A stretch of DNA of 64,000 nt, from assembly GCA_964016885.1 (NCBI GenBank), contig OZ024741.1, positions 125,860,001 to 125,924,000 of the forward strand. Direction: 5' to 3'. The first letter of the stretch is position 1, and every line of letters begins with the position of its first letter. Positions 1-15,534 of this stretch are shown here, in pieces. A program made the position numbers and the translations under genes. The stretch is from Eledone cirrhosa. Lineage: Eukaryota. The notes under the pieces were generated by a model that worked only from the letters and a program-made list of their open reading frames with translations, was not told where the DNA came from and did no database searches.

Positions 1-984
1 TTTTTTTTTGTAGCTATGTTATTTTTCCCCGGACAAGCACATTTGCTGGATTTATCGAGTTTTATTGCCTCAAATGATGGAATTATCTCAGTGTTACAAA
101 ATAAATGAATAAATAAAAATAAAAACATAAAATAAAAATAAAGATAAAGATAAATAAAAATCGATAAAAAAATAAAGACATAGAATAAAGGTAAATAAAA
201 ATAAATAAATAAATAAAAGAAAGAGGAAAATAATAACAAAATAAAAAATAAAAGTAATAATCTAAAATTAAAAAAAAACAACATCTGTTCATGACTTTCT
301 GTGTATGGAATCTGTGAATGGTGGAGACAAGCAGATATTTTGTTTGTGGCACGAAACATTCAGATATATTTGTACTGTACTGAGACGGACAGAATTCTTT
401 CCTGTTTGTTCTAGAAGCTTCCAATCAATCAATACCAATTTAATCTGCATTACTTTTTTCATTATTTGTTAACGAAAAGGGAATCTAATCTAATTATGGT
501 TTTAGGGTTTGTTAACGCCATTTTGAAACAAGTGAAAAATAAAATATGAAAAATAAAAAATAAAAATAAAACTGGTGAGACGGAAGTAGAAGAAAGATAA
601 TAGAACATTTCTGTAAATAGTCATGTTCTTCTTGTTTATATAGCCTTATGTTATTGCTGTTGTATGCAGGCGCGTAGTTTAGTAGTTAGGGTATTCAACT
701 CTCGATCGAATGGTCGTGAGTTCGATTTCTGATGACTCTTTGTATAATTGAACCAGTCACTTTATTTCGCGTTAGCAAAGTTGGTCTCGGCGTGATTTAA
801 ACTCAGAGTATAAGAAATACTGCAATGCATATGTTTTATGTTTTAATAACTCTGCTAATTCGCCACCTTTCCACGGTGAAAGAGGCTTCGGCAGGGTTTT
901 AAATCAGAACATAAAGGGCTGTAACGAAACACCCACCACAGTAGGAATTTTGTCCCACAGCTCTATTCTGACAACCCGATATTA

Positions 985-1175
985 TTTGAGGATTGGTAGT
1001 ATCGGAAAAGGGTCGGACGCCATGGGTTGCCGCACAGAGTTATATCCCTTTACGTTCTGAGTTCAAATTCCGCTGAGATTAACTTTGTCTTTCATCCTTA
1101 CGAGGTTGATAAAATAAAGTACCAGTAATGCACTGGGTAATTGCCTGCCTTGTGCCAAAAGTAGAAACAATTATT
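985..1175 (+). mobile_element. tRNA-derived SINE family A (representative copy)
   Basis: Core GAGTTCAAATYCCGCCGAGGTTAACTTTGCCTTTCATCCTTACGGGGTCGATAAAATAAAGTACCAGT. Recurs near 6225-6435, 7645-7835, 13235-13415(-), 13510-13660(-), 19580-19800, 20115-20320, 43440-43845, 50730-50880 and 53545-53650. Confidence 0.85.
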
Positions 1176-1516
1176 TGAGAGAGTTTTGGGCTGTTATTTC
1201 TCGCAGTATGACGAACTGTCAATCATCCCATGTTTGTTTTTTTAATAAGAATTATTAATGAATGGTTGAAGGAATAGCTGCCATGTTGAATTCCTAAATG
1301 TAGCAACATATTTATGTAACATTCATATCTTTTGCAACATTATATCACCCATGTCTGTTTGTCTATCAGTCTGTCTGTATGTATGTATGAATATATGTAT
1401 GTATGTGTGTATGTATGCATGCATGTATGCATGTATATATATATATATGTATGCATGCTTGTATGCATGTATGAATGAATATATATATATATATATTATA
1501 AAGAGCCGGTACCCCG

Positions 1517-1576
<60 letters not shown>

Positions 1577-2080
1577 TCTATCTGTTTGTACACATACCAC
1601 AATACATGTGTAGGCAGTTGTTTAAATGCATACACAATGGCTTGACTTAAATGTTACCTCACCAAACACAAACAGATAATACAGCTTCATAACACACACC
1701 ATATAAGACAGGAAAGAAAAAGATTGGGAAAAAAACAAATGGACACAAAAAACATACTAATAATAAATATATAACTGAATAAACGTAAATATTGTTGTTG
1801 TTCTTGCTGTTGCAGTTGTTGTCTTTGAGTTGTTTTTTTTTTAAGCAATCACTCATTCTAATTTATCTAATGAATTTCTGTGAAAATAACACTGACTTAA
1901 CGTGACCAAATAGACTCCAGAGAAAGCTATTTTGAAAATTGTTTTCACACCATTTTGAATAATAAAATATCTCTTTCATTTTGCAGGCGATGCCGTGTCA
2001 TCTGCTGATAGGAATAAGAGGTTCGTTCATTTGTTGAGGTTATTTTATATACCATTTTTTTTTTTTGCTTAAATCTACAT

Positions 2081-2116
<36 letters not shown>

Positions 2117-2929
2117 TCATTTATTTATTTATTTATTTGCTTCGGCAGAAATAAATTGAATCATCCATTTCAGAAGTCGATCAACTGTGAAATGATATAA
2201 TGATGTATTTTCACTATATCTCTCCCACACTCACTCACTCGAGGACATTTTACATTGTTAATCGTGGATTATATTTTTTCTTTTATCCAATCTGATGAAA
2301 TATTCAAATTTTACCATTTTCAATACAATTCATTTTCGTTAAGCTTTTAAAAAAATTTCTATTTTTTTTTTTCGAAGAAATTATTCTCAGGAGAAAAAGA
2401 AAGAAAAAATACACAAAAGAAACAAAAACAAAAACAAGTCCGTGGATAAAAAAAAAAAAGCGATAAAAAAATTTGAATCAGATCTTTACCAAAATATCTA
2501 TCATTAACTAAGGAGATATTTTAAATTATTTATTATGCTTGTTCCTGTTCTTTTTAAAATAAATTTCCAGTTAACAAAGCCCGGATTATAATATTTATTT
2601 GAAGGAAAATAAGAAAATAGACAGGGAAATATTTTTTCTCTCTTTTTTTTTCCGTTTTACAATTCTTAAAGAGATTTTATCTGAAAAAAATTCACCTCAA
2701 AAGTTTTCTGCTATAAACTTTTATTGTACGTGGACATTTGTAAATGAATTATCTATTTTATGTTGTCTTCACGAATTCGTAATTACCTTGGAGCAAATGG
2801 CAAGAAATGGACGTGAACAATTCAGATAAAGGGAATATTGGATAAAAAATTATTACATATCCCTTTAATTCTCTTATCCTCTTTCAAACACACATACACA
2901 AACACACGCACACACACACACAAATATAT

Positions 2930-3037
<108 letters not shown>

Positions 3038-3371
3038 GCATGAATGTATATATGCATGTATGTATGAATACAAAATCTTTTCAGTGTTTAATTCCAATAC
3101 CAGTTGAAGGAAACATCTTAAAGAAAATCCAAAACTAAAGCGAAAATTAAAAAAAAGAGGTTTATTTATCTATTTATTTATTTATTTATTTATTTATGAT
3201 TACAGGAGAATGTTCACAGCTTTGGAATGAATAATTTAAAAGTAACTCAGACGAGGATTATTTAACACATACATGTATGTATGTATGTATGTATGTATGT
3301 ATGTATGTATGTATGTATGTATGCGTGTGTGTGTGTATGTGTGTATGTATGTATGTATGTATGTATGTATG

Positions 3372-3800
3372 TTCTTCTGGTTTTAGAATTTTAGAATTGT
3401 TTACCAAACAGAGAGACTCTGTTTCCAACATAGACACAAGACTCTCTCTTTGGAATTTACACAACATCAACTAGGTAGATATGTATGCATGTCTGCATAC
3501 GTGCATGTGTGTGCAAGTATGGATGGTATTGTATGTCTGGATGTGTATGTTTTGAGTTGTATGTGTGCATATGCATATGTTTTGTATCTGTACATGCGTA
3601 CACGCAGTTATTAGAAGCAGAATTTTTGGAATGTTTTACATATTTTTACTGTTCCATTAACGGATTGTACTTGTATTTCTTAACTAGTCGTGTTCTTTCT
3701 GTTTTCTGTGAAGCTCAGCTTCTCAAGATTTGTACTGACGCAGTTACTAACATATCTTACTTCCCCAATAATCACAGGTATAAATCTGAAAGTATAGTCA
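3372..3800 (-). mobile_element. Tx1/L1-like LINE 3' fragment inserted in (TATG)n
   Basis: Closely similar to 28997-29430, with the same junction tatgtatg|ttcttctggtt. Confidence 0.6.
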
Positions 3801-4235
3801 GGATATGTGTGTGTGTCTATGTATGTATGTATGTATGTTCTTCTGGTTTTATAATTTCACAAATTATGTATGTATGTATGTTTATATGTATGTATGTTAT
3901 AAAATAATACTGTTGTCAAATATACAAAACCTGCCTACAAAATTAATACCTACTAAAAATATATAAATTTAATAAAATCTACCTTTGCCTAATATAAAAA
4001 TCTATTAAAAATATTAGTAAAACGAAACTATCAGAGGTACGCCGTATATCTTATAAAATAAGATTAATTTAGAAGACATATTATACCTACTTAGAAAATT
4101 AATGGCTACTCTAAATATATTCTTTTATTAAATCATTTTACATTTTACCAATATCAAAATAAATAGGAATGAATTAATTTAAAGATTAAAAGTTTGTGTT
4201 AATTGTTCACTTTCTTTGTCTGAAAATCTCCACAA

Positions 4236-4555
4236 GGCGCGTAGTTCAGTTGTTAGTGTGTTCGGCTCACGTTCATAAGGTCACGAGATTAATCCTGGCT
4301 GCGTATTGTGTCCTTGAGCAAGATACTTTATTTCACGTTGCTTTAGTCCATTCAACTAGAAAAAAAATTAGATGTACCTATGACTCACAGAGCCAGCCTT
4401 GCTACACGCTTGTGTCACGCTGAATCTCCCCGAGAACTACTTCAACGGTACCCGTGTCAGTGGAGTGCTCAGCCATTTACATGTTAATTTTATGAGCAAG
4501 CTGTTTCGTTGGTCGAACAACTAAAACACTCATCGTCAAAACCGACAGAGGTCCA
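4236..4555 (+). mobile_element. tRNA-derived SINE family B (representative copy)
   Basis: tRNA-like head with A/B boxes (GGCGCGTAG..AGT..GTTAG..GTTCGATT), then TGTCCTTGAGCAAGACACTTTATTTCAC. Other copies near 669, 8830(-), 12805, 19150, 53298 and 63330(-). Confidence 0.8.
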
Positions 4556-5006
4556 ATAAACTGTGTGTCCGGTGTGGGGGTGGCGAAAAGGGGAAGAAAT
4601 ATAGATTTACATTTGTGCATGATGGGAAAGGGTCATCAAGAGATTTATTGACGAAAATACAAATATTTTGTTCCAACAGAGATTGGACAAATGGCACGAT
4701 TCTGTCGATAGCCGTGGAATTGGGATTTGTTAGCAATAAATTCTTCATTAATAGACAAAGCTGTGTGTACTTAATACCAGAAGTAACCTGAAATGACTAC
4801 ATACACAACAAATCAACATGATTATTAGCCTAATATACTCATAGTTTACCTGATTCCCAAACGTTTGTTGCTCGCCCGGTAAGAAGAAAAAAAATCCCTG
4901 AATAGGCCCCAAACATTCCGAGCTTGAGACAAGCAATTAGTTAATATCCCATAAGACTATACGCAAATAAATCATTCCTAATCGATGATTAAGAATCAAA
5001 AGAGAA

Positions 5007-5415
<409 letters not shown>

Positions 5416-5831
5416 ATCTTGTAATATTAGCGAAAATGTTATGGGTGAGAAAGAAATGTGATGTGTGGCATGGCTTCTAGGATAGAAGGAAAATATCCAT
5501 ACGGTTAATTGAGTGTCATTATTTTTATTATGTAAAACATCCGTTCAGTTAAAAGTTATTAAACGTATGTAGCTGCGGAAACTACATGTTGCTTGGATGT
5601 AAATTCTCTTTGGAATATCTACACTTAAAGTGTGTGATATACATGGATATCTACAGTTAAAACGTGTTATATTCATTTTCAAGTTCAGACTTTAAAAAAA
5701 AAATATAAATTTTGAATCATTTGTGTATATATATCTATGTATATGTGGAAACCCTCACTTACTTCTTCCTAAACGTGAAACTAATAAGACTTTGTCTTTT
5801 TTCATCTCTGTGTTTGTCTTGTCTATTCTTG

Positions 5832-5903
<72 letters not shown>

Positions 5904-5958
5904 GTCGCCTCATCTCCCTCATTTCTCGATGCTTCTGTTCTTACAGAAATATGCTGGC

Positions 5959-6179
5959 ATGACTTCCAACAGATGTTGTGAGAAATGTGGAACTATTGTG
6001 GCTGTGATAAAAGCCGTTATATCTCGTAGTCTGTTCACCATTCATGGAATAATATGTATCTGGCGTTTAACAGTGGTGAAGAAGAACCTACTCTACTGGT
6101 GTATGGGGGGTTCCATTCTACTAATCGTTCTGGAGACCATTTTTACACTGAAGAAAAAGCGCGGTGGAGAATGGAAATG
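5959..6179 (+). CDS. TMEM26: TMEM26-like gene, coding exon 1
   Basis: MTSNRCC..IKAVISRSLFTIHGIICIWRLTVVKKNLLYWCM..LETIFTLKKKRGGEWK(W) resembles the TMEM26 N-terminus. Acceptor ttcttacag ends at 5946; donor gtgag at 6180 (phase 2). Confidence 0.88.
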
Positions 6180-6981
6180 GTGAGCTAGTTTTGTTTTCTA
6201 TATTGTTATCATTGTTTTTAGGGCAGTGGGTTGGCAGCATTGGTACAACGTCGAACAACATGCTTTGCAGCATATAGTTACGTCCTGTTATGTTGTAAGT
6301 TCAAATCCCACCGAGGTTAACTTTGCCTTTCATCCTTACGGGGTCGATAAAATAAACTATCAGTAATGCACTGAGGTCCGAGTTAATCGACTTTCCTCTT
6401 CCATCAAATCGTTCGTCTAAATCAGAAACCATATTGGTTCCATTTTTTACTGTATACGAGGTGTATTTAGATAAAAATGGCACAGGTAAATATTGTATTT
6501 AATATAGGCCCAATGCCAGAAATTTAGGGAATACTTGACTGGTACTTTATTTTATCGAAGGGTGAAAGTAAATTTGATCTCGGCGAAATTTGAACGCAAA
6601 AGAAAACACACACAAAAAAAAAACAAAAAAAAAACGGTATAAAATAAAGCAAGACATCTTGTGTGGCGCCCTAACGATTCTGCCAGGTAAACTGGTACAG
6701 GTAAAAATTACACAAATGGAATAAACAAGACTATATGACTCAACTAATATAAATAATTTTGAAAAAAATATAATCGACTAAAAATCCTATATAATTCTTT
6801 AAATAAACAGTATTCTATCCGTTTTTCTTTTTATTCCTTTATTGGTTTCAGTCATTAGCCTACGGCCATGCTGGGGTACCACCTGTCTTTAGTCAATCGT
6901 ATTCACCCTACTAGTTATTTTTTCTTTATCGATTGCTTTTTTCTTTTTTTTTTGCCTAACAGCTAAGTTACAAGAAATAAA

Positions 6982-7092
<111 letters not shown>

Positions 7093-7844
7093 TTATATAT
7101 ATAAAATATATATATGAGTGTGAGTGTGTGTGTGTGTTTGTGTTTATGTGTGTGTGTGTATGTGTGTTTATGTGTGTATACCAGTCGGCATCTTTGCTTA
7201 AGATATTCTATATGTATCTAATTCAATCCAGGGCCTACTCACTCCTGATAGTGGAACTCCTCCCTGATTTATCTCCACAGCGTTCTGTTTCGTTTTGGAT
7301 ATGTCTTCAGAGGTGTGCCGTACACGCATATATGTATATATATATATATATGTGTGTGTGTGAGAGATAGGGGGGAGAGAGAAGGAGAGAGAGAGAGAGT
7401 GAGAGAGAGGCTTCCACACAGTTTCTCTAAGCCAATGTCCACTCATAAGCCATGGATCAACCCAAAGCTATAGCAAAAGATATTTGCTCAAGGTGCGACG
7501 CAACGAGCCTGAACGCAAAGCCACCTGAAAAGCGGAAACAAACACTACAAGGCATTTTATTCGACATTTGTATGGTGTCTGAACAATGTTAATAATACAC
7601 GATTTTCAGTGAATATTACAGTCAATATTATATATATTATTAGTGCCTGGATTGACAGTATCGGTAGAGGGTCAGACGCCATGCTTTGCAGCAAAGAGTT
7701 ACGGTCCTTTATGATTTGAGTTCAAATCCCGCCGAGGTTAACTTCGCCTTTCATCCTTACGAGGTCGATAAAAAATAAAGCACCAGTAATACACTGGGAT
7801 AATTACCGGCCTTGTGCCAAAAGTAGAAACAATTGTTAGTGCAA

Positions 7845-8190
7845 TTTGTACCTATTTTACACCTGTTCCATTTGTACCTGTGCTATTGTTGTCTCTGCCA
7901 TTTTTACCAATGCCATTTTACCTATGCCATTCTTATCTCTGACGTTTTTACCTGTGACGTTATCACATATGCCATTTATTACCTGTACAGCTGTTACCTC
8001 TACAGTTGTTACCTGACCCGTGGTTACCTGTACCATTGTTACCTCTACTGTTGTTACCCGTTCATTTTTACCTATTCCATTTCTACGTTACTATTTTTAC
8101 TTATACAATTTTACCTGTGATATTTTTACCTGTACTATTTTTTACCTCTGCCATTGATACCTGTGCTACTATTACCATGTACCGTACAAA
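7845..8190. repeat. ~15-bp degenerate tandem repeat (ATTTTTACCTGTGCC)n
   Basis: TACCTG recurs with ~15-nt period; reverse-complement units near 6470-6490 and 6685-6715. Confidence 0.7.
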
Positions 8191-8243
8191 GATACTTTTT
8201 TCGGTGTTGCCGTTGCCACCTCACCTCCACCCCACTGCTCTCT

Positions 8244-8291
<48 letters not shown>

Positions 8292-8959
8292 TCTCTCTCT
8301 CTCTCTCTTCTCCCTCTCTCTCTCTCACACACACAGACACACACTTTCTCTCTTTTACCCTCCCTGTGGTTGTGTGTTGATACAATGTGGAGTTGACTTG
8401 TCAAAATCGAATCCACTCCACTAAACACTCAAACACACCTTTTCCTTATTCTCGGTAGCTGTTAATTGAATAGAGCACCGTATAGGTCGCAGCTAATTCT
8501 GTTATCAATTCTTTAACATTTGACATAATGACATGCAAAGCCCCCGCCTTACCCCAGTGGTATTTGAACACGACACGACACGATACAATAAAACAAACCC
8601 CAGCTCAATTATAAATAATGTTACCTATCACGCACGACTCTATGAAAAACAAATATATCGCAGCATTATTCAGTATGCCAGGAACAGCACTTACATTGTT
8701 AATTGTTATTATAACACTTCACGAAACAAAGGACACTCGTCCTTTCACATTTTCTCTTTCTTTCTTGTCCTATTGTTATTCCGTATTTGAGTGAAACAGC
8801 AATCCATAGTCACCCTGTATAAATATAGTGGAGCTCCGAGGGTTTCGATAGTGAGTGTTCCAATTGTTCAATCAACGAAGCCGTCTGCTCATGAAATTAA
8901 CGTGTAAGTGCCTGATCATTCCACAGACAGACACGTGTACCCATAACGTAATTCTCATG

Positions 8960-9955
8960 AACATGGTGGTCCTTAAGGAAACTAAGTGTAGAAGAATGGC
9001 TTGTAAGAGCAGTGCAAGCCATATATACAAAGGAGCTGTAAGGAGAGAGTAGATAATGAGTTTAGTGAGGACTTCAAGTGCAGGTGGGTGTTCATCAGGA
9101 CTCAGTCAACAGCCCACGTCTCTTTATTGTAGTTATGCAGGCCATAACAGAGGAGTTGAAGACAAGTTGTCTATGTGAACTTCTGTATGCCGACACTTTG
9201 GTTCTAATAGCCAAATCTGTGGAAGAACTAGACCAGAAATTCCGGCTTTTGAAACAGAACTTAGAATGAAAAGGACTTAGAATAAACTAGGGAAAAACTA
9301 AAGTTGTGGTAAGCAAGAAAAAAAACAGGAATCTGATCCCACCAGGAAAGTGGGTCTACTCAATATGTAGAAAAGGAGTCGTTAGTAACTCTAAACAGTG
9401 TACAAAATATAAATCTTGGATGCACAAGAGATGTAGTAGGCAGACTAACAGAAAAGGTTAACTTTGTATATAGCAAATGCACCGGGATAGCTGGTACACA
9501 AGTAAAATAAACGTTTTCCAATCCCAGGAAGGCTTCATACAAGTAGTTGATAGCTTCTGTTACCTAGCTGATAAAATTAGTGGGGGAGGAGGTACACCGG
9601 GAGTATAATAGCTGGAGTACGAACGGGATGGAAAAAGTTCAGAGAGCTACTGCCTCTATATATGAGGAATTAAATGTCGTGTGCAGGAGAAAAGTCTGCA
9701 CTGTTATGGCCATGTGATGAATATGGATGATGATTCTTTGGTGAAGAATTACCAAGAAATTCCAATTGAAGGGAGCTGCAGTAGAGGCAGACCAAGGAAG
9801 ACCTGGGCAGAGGTTGTCAAAGCTGATCTCAAATCACTGAATCTCACAGTGGAGATGACAGCGGATCGAGAGGATTAGAGAAATGCTATGCTTGAAAGGA
9901 CCCATCCAACCCATGCAAACATGGAAAAGTGGGTGTCAAATGGTGATGATGATAC
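8960..9955 (+). mobile_element. 5'-truncated degenerate RTE LINE related to the 55-59 kb element
   Basis: VGVHQDSV.SP.LF, ELLYAD, YGHVMNM, RGRPRKTW fragments with stops and frameshifts; (GAT)n tail. Confidence 0.85.
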
Positions 9956-11467
9956 AGCATGACACATTCTGTGACTATACTGGCTCTTGGCATTACAGAT
10001 GTTATCTATCTAACGGGCTTCCAGACAGTTTCCGTCTACCAAATTTCACTTATACTATATAATTCAAGTTGAAGCTATGGCAAATGACACACATCCCAAC
10101 TCCCACAAGCGGGGTCGAACCCGGGACCTAATGGCTGCGAAACAACCGTGTTAACCATTTGACCATGCTACGTTCACAGACATCCTATAAGAATTACGTT
10201 TACTTGCATATTAATTTACTTAAATTATTCAGCTCATCCTTTTTCGTCTCAGGACGGTTGTTATCAACTCCACACTCATGTACACATGCACACACACACA
10301 CAAAGTAACAGATGATAATCTTAATTATGTGTGAAAGTAATTGAAAAACGTAGACACTAGAAATATGATCACAAATGTGTTAACTGTGTTTTTATATACA
10401 TGCATGGTCTCGTAACTCCTGGGGGAATCGTAGTTGCACCGTATTGATATACGGCGTTTCTAGGGCATTTTAAAAATACGCTGAGCCCATTTCCTCTCCA
10501 GATATGAGTACAGCAAATTTCTTCCAGAGAAGGACAGATAGTGAGAGAATGGAAATGTGAAAGAGACACAGCGGAAGAATCAACCCTAGTACTAGACTGG
10601 TACTTTTTTTTTATCGACAGCAGAGAGTCGAAAGCATTCTATCCGACGTTCTAATGACTCTACCAATTCTCCAAGATAAGCTCCTGATTGATGAGAAAAG
10701 ATTCTGAAATCGAGAAGATTGTAACTCTTTCGTTACTACATTTTTAATTAAATACATTGGTCATGATTTTTAATTAATTTTGAAACTAATACAGAATTTT
10801 AGAGATTTGGCATTTTAAAGATAACGAAATTTCTTACATAAAATTGTGATATCAGACTGGAAGTTTTTATATATATATATATTTTTTCAAATAGCTAGGT
10901 TTGTATCATAGAACCAAAGACGGTTTCAGGCGAGTTGGTATTAAAGAGGTTAATTTTGTATGTTTTTGTCTAATCTTAAAATACTTATGGGCATCCTAAC
11001 ATTGAGGAACGGTTTATCGAAGAACTGCAATACTCATCGTCGAAACCGACGGAGTTCCACCCTTCTATAGGTGTCCCCTTTTTAGAAATGCCAGAATTGA
11101 TAATAAAAAAGGGGTTTGATTTTGATGAAGTGTTTCAAGTCTTTATATACTATATTGTCTTCCCTTTTTAAAGTTTTTAAGTAGTGGGTGGAGAGGGTGA
11201 GTTTGACATAAAATGATAAATGAAGCTTGTTAAATGTCTGGCATTCATCGCCGCCGCCACCACCACCACCACCACCACTACTACTACCACCATCAACCAC
11301 CACCACCTCCACCACCACCATCACCACCATCAACCACCACCACTACCAACCACCACTACCACCACTACAACTACCGCCACCATTACCACCACCACCACTA
11401 CTACTATCACCGTCAACCACCTCCATCACCACCACCACTATCACCACCATAAACCGCCAACACCACC

Positions 11468-11505
<38 letters not shown>

Positions 11506-11890
11506 CAGTACACCATATATCTATCTAACTATATATATGTGTGTGTGTGTGTACATGCATGTATATGTAAGTATATATTTATATATAAGTGTGTGTGTAT
11601 GCATACATGTGTATGTATGTGTATGTGCGTGTGTCTGTGTATATATATATATATATGTATGTGCATGTATATATGTGTGTGTGTGTGTATGTGCACATAA
11701 CAGAGAGTGGGTGTCCCTTGACCACCATCTTTACACCCACTCTTTGTCCTTCATTGTCATCGGACATTTTTTCTTTTCTTCTTTTCTTTGATGACCTATC
11801 CTTCGCCTTCCCTCTCTTTTTCTATCACCCCCCCCCCCCCCATGTCTCTCTCTCTCTATATATAGGTATTGAAGGTGCAAATTAATTGCG

Positions 11891-11953
<63 letters not shown>

Positions 11954-13689
11954 TATATATACACACACATATATATGTATATACATAAATATATATATAT
12001 ACATATATATTTATATATATACATATATATGTGTGTGTATGTGTGTGTGTATGTGTGTATGTGCGAATGTGTGTATATGTGTGCGTGTGTATGCGTGTAT
12101 ACGCATACATATATATGTGTGTGAGAGAGAGTGCGTGTGGGGAAATACATATATATGCATGTGTGTCGGTATGTCTGTACATTTGTGTGTGTGTGTTTGT
12201 GTGTATATACACGAGGACACAAAAAGATACACATACACATCCACATGCACATCCACCCACACATCCTGAATTAGTACTCAGTACTAGTGACTGTAGGTTG
12301 TCAACCAAACAATAGTGTGTCTGTTTAGACTAAAGCTCAAGATTCCCTTTCATAGCATGTCCTGTCTGAAGTCTCTAGTATTTCTGTCGCCTTGTTGCCT
12401 TCACTTACTTGACAAATGCCACTTCAGCCCCCAGTTTTTCCTCTTTGTCGCGGCTTCCCATCCACCACAGTTAACCACCTTGCACCCTTAGTTACCGGAA
12501 AGCATCTACTTGAACCCTTTAAATACCAGATCGCCTGAAACGCCCCTAGATTTACAATACAAACTGTTTCCTTTAAAGTATTTTTTATATCAATATAAAA
12601 ACCGTCCATCATAATTTTATGTAAGAAACTTTATAAAATTATGTTCCGAACACCAACTTAATATATCAATATATATTTATCTTTTGTTAAGTTATGTTCC
12701 AAACACCATTTTAACCCCTTTAATACCTACGCCCCCGACCGAACCCACTGCAGGTTCTACAATTCAAACTTATTTTATCGTCCTTAAATCTATCTAATAT
12801 TGTGGCTGGGTGGTTAGTGAATTGCATTCGTGAGGCTGTGAGTTCGATTCCAGGACCGCGTCATCTGTTATGTCCTTGAGCAAGACACTTTATTTCACGT
12901 TGCTCCTTGTCTGGATTTGCGACCGGTAGATAGTATTAGCAATTGGAAAGACCAATGGAACCATTGTTTCCACGGTCCGATTTGACAAGCGCCACCCCAT
13001 TCGCTAAGCGAATGAGGGCTGGGATCTTGTCGATCGACTGTTATAAATCTATCTCAAACATTTCGATCATAATTTTATGTAACGACTTTTTTAAGTTCCA
13101 AACACCCTTTAACCCGCTTGAAACCATCCCTACTTCTACGATTCAAAATTATTTATGTTTTTGTATAAAAACCTTCCAGCATAATTTTATCTATGATCTT
13201 TTGTTAAGTTATGTTCCAAACACAAATGTAATAATTGTTCTACTTTTGGCACAAGGCCAGCAATTATCTCAGTGTATTACTGGTACTTTATTTTATCGAC
13301 CTCGTAAGGATGAAAGGCAAAGTTAACCTCGGCGGGATTTGAACTCAAACCATAAAGGGCCATAACTCTATGCTCCAAAGCATGGCGTCCGACCCTCTAC
13401 CGATACTGCCAATCCACCCTTTGAACACAAATGTAATAATAATAGAATTAGTTATATGACTAAATCCCTTCAAATTTATGATTTGTTCTAACATTATCTA
13501 AAGATTATAAGTACTAGACTGATACCTTTTTATCAACCTTAAAAGGATGAATGGTGAAGTTGATACCAGTGGGATTTGAACTCAGAGCGCAGAGAGCCGA
13601 AACAAACACCGCAAAGTGATTTATCCGACGTTCTAATAACTCTACCAACTCGTCGCCATGTTTCTACCTAATCTCTCTCTCCCTCTCTT

Positions 13690-13829
<140 letters not shown>

Positions 13830-14514
13830 CAAATTAGGGGACCAACAGAAAAAGAAAAATGGAAAAAACATTGGGAAGAGGGACAGTTCCATCTCCTCAG
13901 TCAACCTGTGGAGGTCACTACGGTTTCGGTGCATTAAGGTTGATAATACTTATTCCTGTGCACATTGGGACATAACAAAACAGGTAGAGACAAAGACAGG
14001 ACAATTATGCCTTTAGGCGAATTACACATATAGATGAAAAAGTATCCCATGTGTGTTAACTGACAAAGAAGGGATATAACGGCGCCCTAGGGCTTAGTCA
14101 AAGGGGAAATATATAGAAAAGAGAGAAATAGTCCCACAGAAGTGCACAACAAAGAAGAAGAATACTGAGGCGTAGAAAAGGTAAAAAGGGAGATTAGAGG
14201 ATGACAGTCGAGTGGTTTATATATATATATATATTTATACTTGGGAGGGTCATATTTTAATAATATTGCCAGAATTAATAACAGAACACACTCACTGTTT
14301 GGTTGGTTTTCGCTTCTGTATCTTTTATATCAGTTAATTTAATTTATTCGGTCTTCAATGTTTACCATTGACTGACCAACGGTCAAAAATACAGATATAA
14401 TATAGACACTAACACATATATATAGTCTAACAAAGTTCTTTCGTTGCACATCTGCAACATCGTCAGTGGTGCTATTATGTTTCCTCCTGTTGTATTGTAT
14501 GTCTACGCCATCTT

Positions 14515-14592
<78 letters not shown>

Positions 14593-15182
14593 CTTCGTCG
14601 TCGTCTACATATTACTGGGAGGATCGTAAGGGGTAGAGTACTCAAGCACTCCTTCCAGCGGGTCCTGCTAAAAGCAACTATCTCTAATTGATCCAGGTGG
14701 ATCACCAGCCAAGTTCATGGATGTTATCCAATCATCTTGCTCGGGGTTTACCCCTGGGTCTCCTGCCGATTGGTTTTGTTCTGTTAAATCTCTCCAGTGA
14801 TACTTTCCTGTTGTATTCTAACCACATGTCCCTAATATTGGAACCGTCAACTCTGAATTCAGAGAAGTAGCGGCTGCTCTACCTATCGCGTAACATTACA
14901 AGACGCCTTCGGCCATTTGTATTCGTGATTGTATTCTTTCGGTTATTACCCAAGAGACATGACTACAAGTAAGTGTGGGAACGAATACCAAATAATTCCC
15001 ATACATACATACATACATACATACATGCGTACCTACATGCACATATACATACATATACATACATACATAAATACATACATACATGCATACATGCATACAT
15101 GCATACGCCCCCCCCCCCCCGCATATATATATATATATATACATATATATATTCTACTACATATATATATATATATTATTCT

Positions 15183-15210
<28 letters not shown>

Positions 15211-15216
<6 letters not shown>

Positions 15217-15372
15217 TTAAAATAACAGATTAAAGTTTAAGCAAAAAATCGCTGCTTTCACCCTTAACGGGATCTTCTGAAACTAAAACTTTTTTTTAGT
15301 TTCAGAAGATCCCGTTAAGGGTGAAAGCAGCGATTCTTTGCTTAAACTTTAATCTGTTATTTTAATAAATAT
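15211..15372. repeat. Near-perfect ~78-bp-arm palindrome (pLTR-like fold-back) in (TA)n
   Basis: Arms are reverse complements around a ~5-nt loop near 15289-15293. Confidence 0.9.
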
Positions 15373-15458
15373 TTGCTCTACGGTTCTTATATATCTGATA
15401 TATATTTATCCTTATCGAGCCCTCTTTGGATTTTAGTCTTCAAATTTATTATTATTAC

Positions 15459-15513
<55 letters not shown>

Positions 15514-15534
15514 AGGTGGGTGTGAGTGTACGTG

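Noticed and set aside
669-735. tRNA gene
   Set aside because: A/B-box-like head continues into SINE body sequence with many degenerate copies; no proper cloverleaf.
1987-2020. Possible TMEM26 5'-UTR exon (ttttgcag...AG|GTTCGT)
   Set aside because: Only splice-like signals with a weak donor; cannot be supported without transcripts.
11220-11528. His/Thr/Pro-rich ORFs
   Set aside because: (ACC)n/(ACT)n microsatellite open in all three frames; no splice or homology support.
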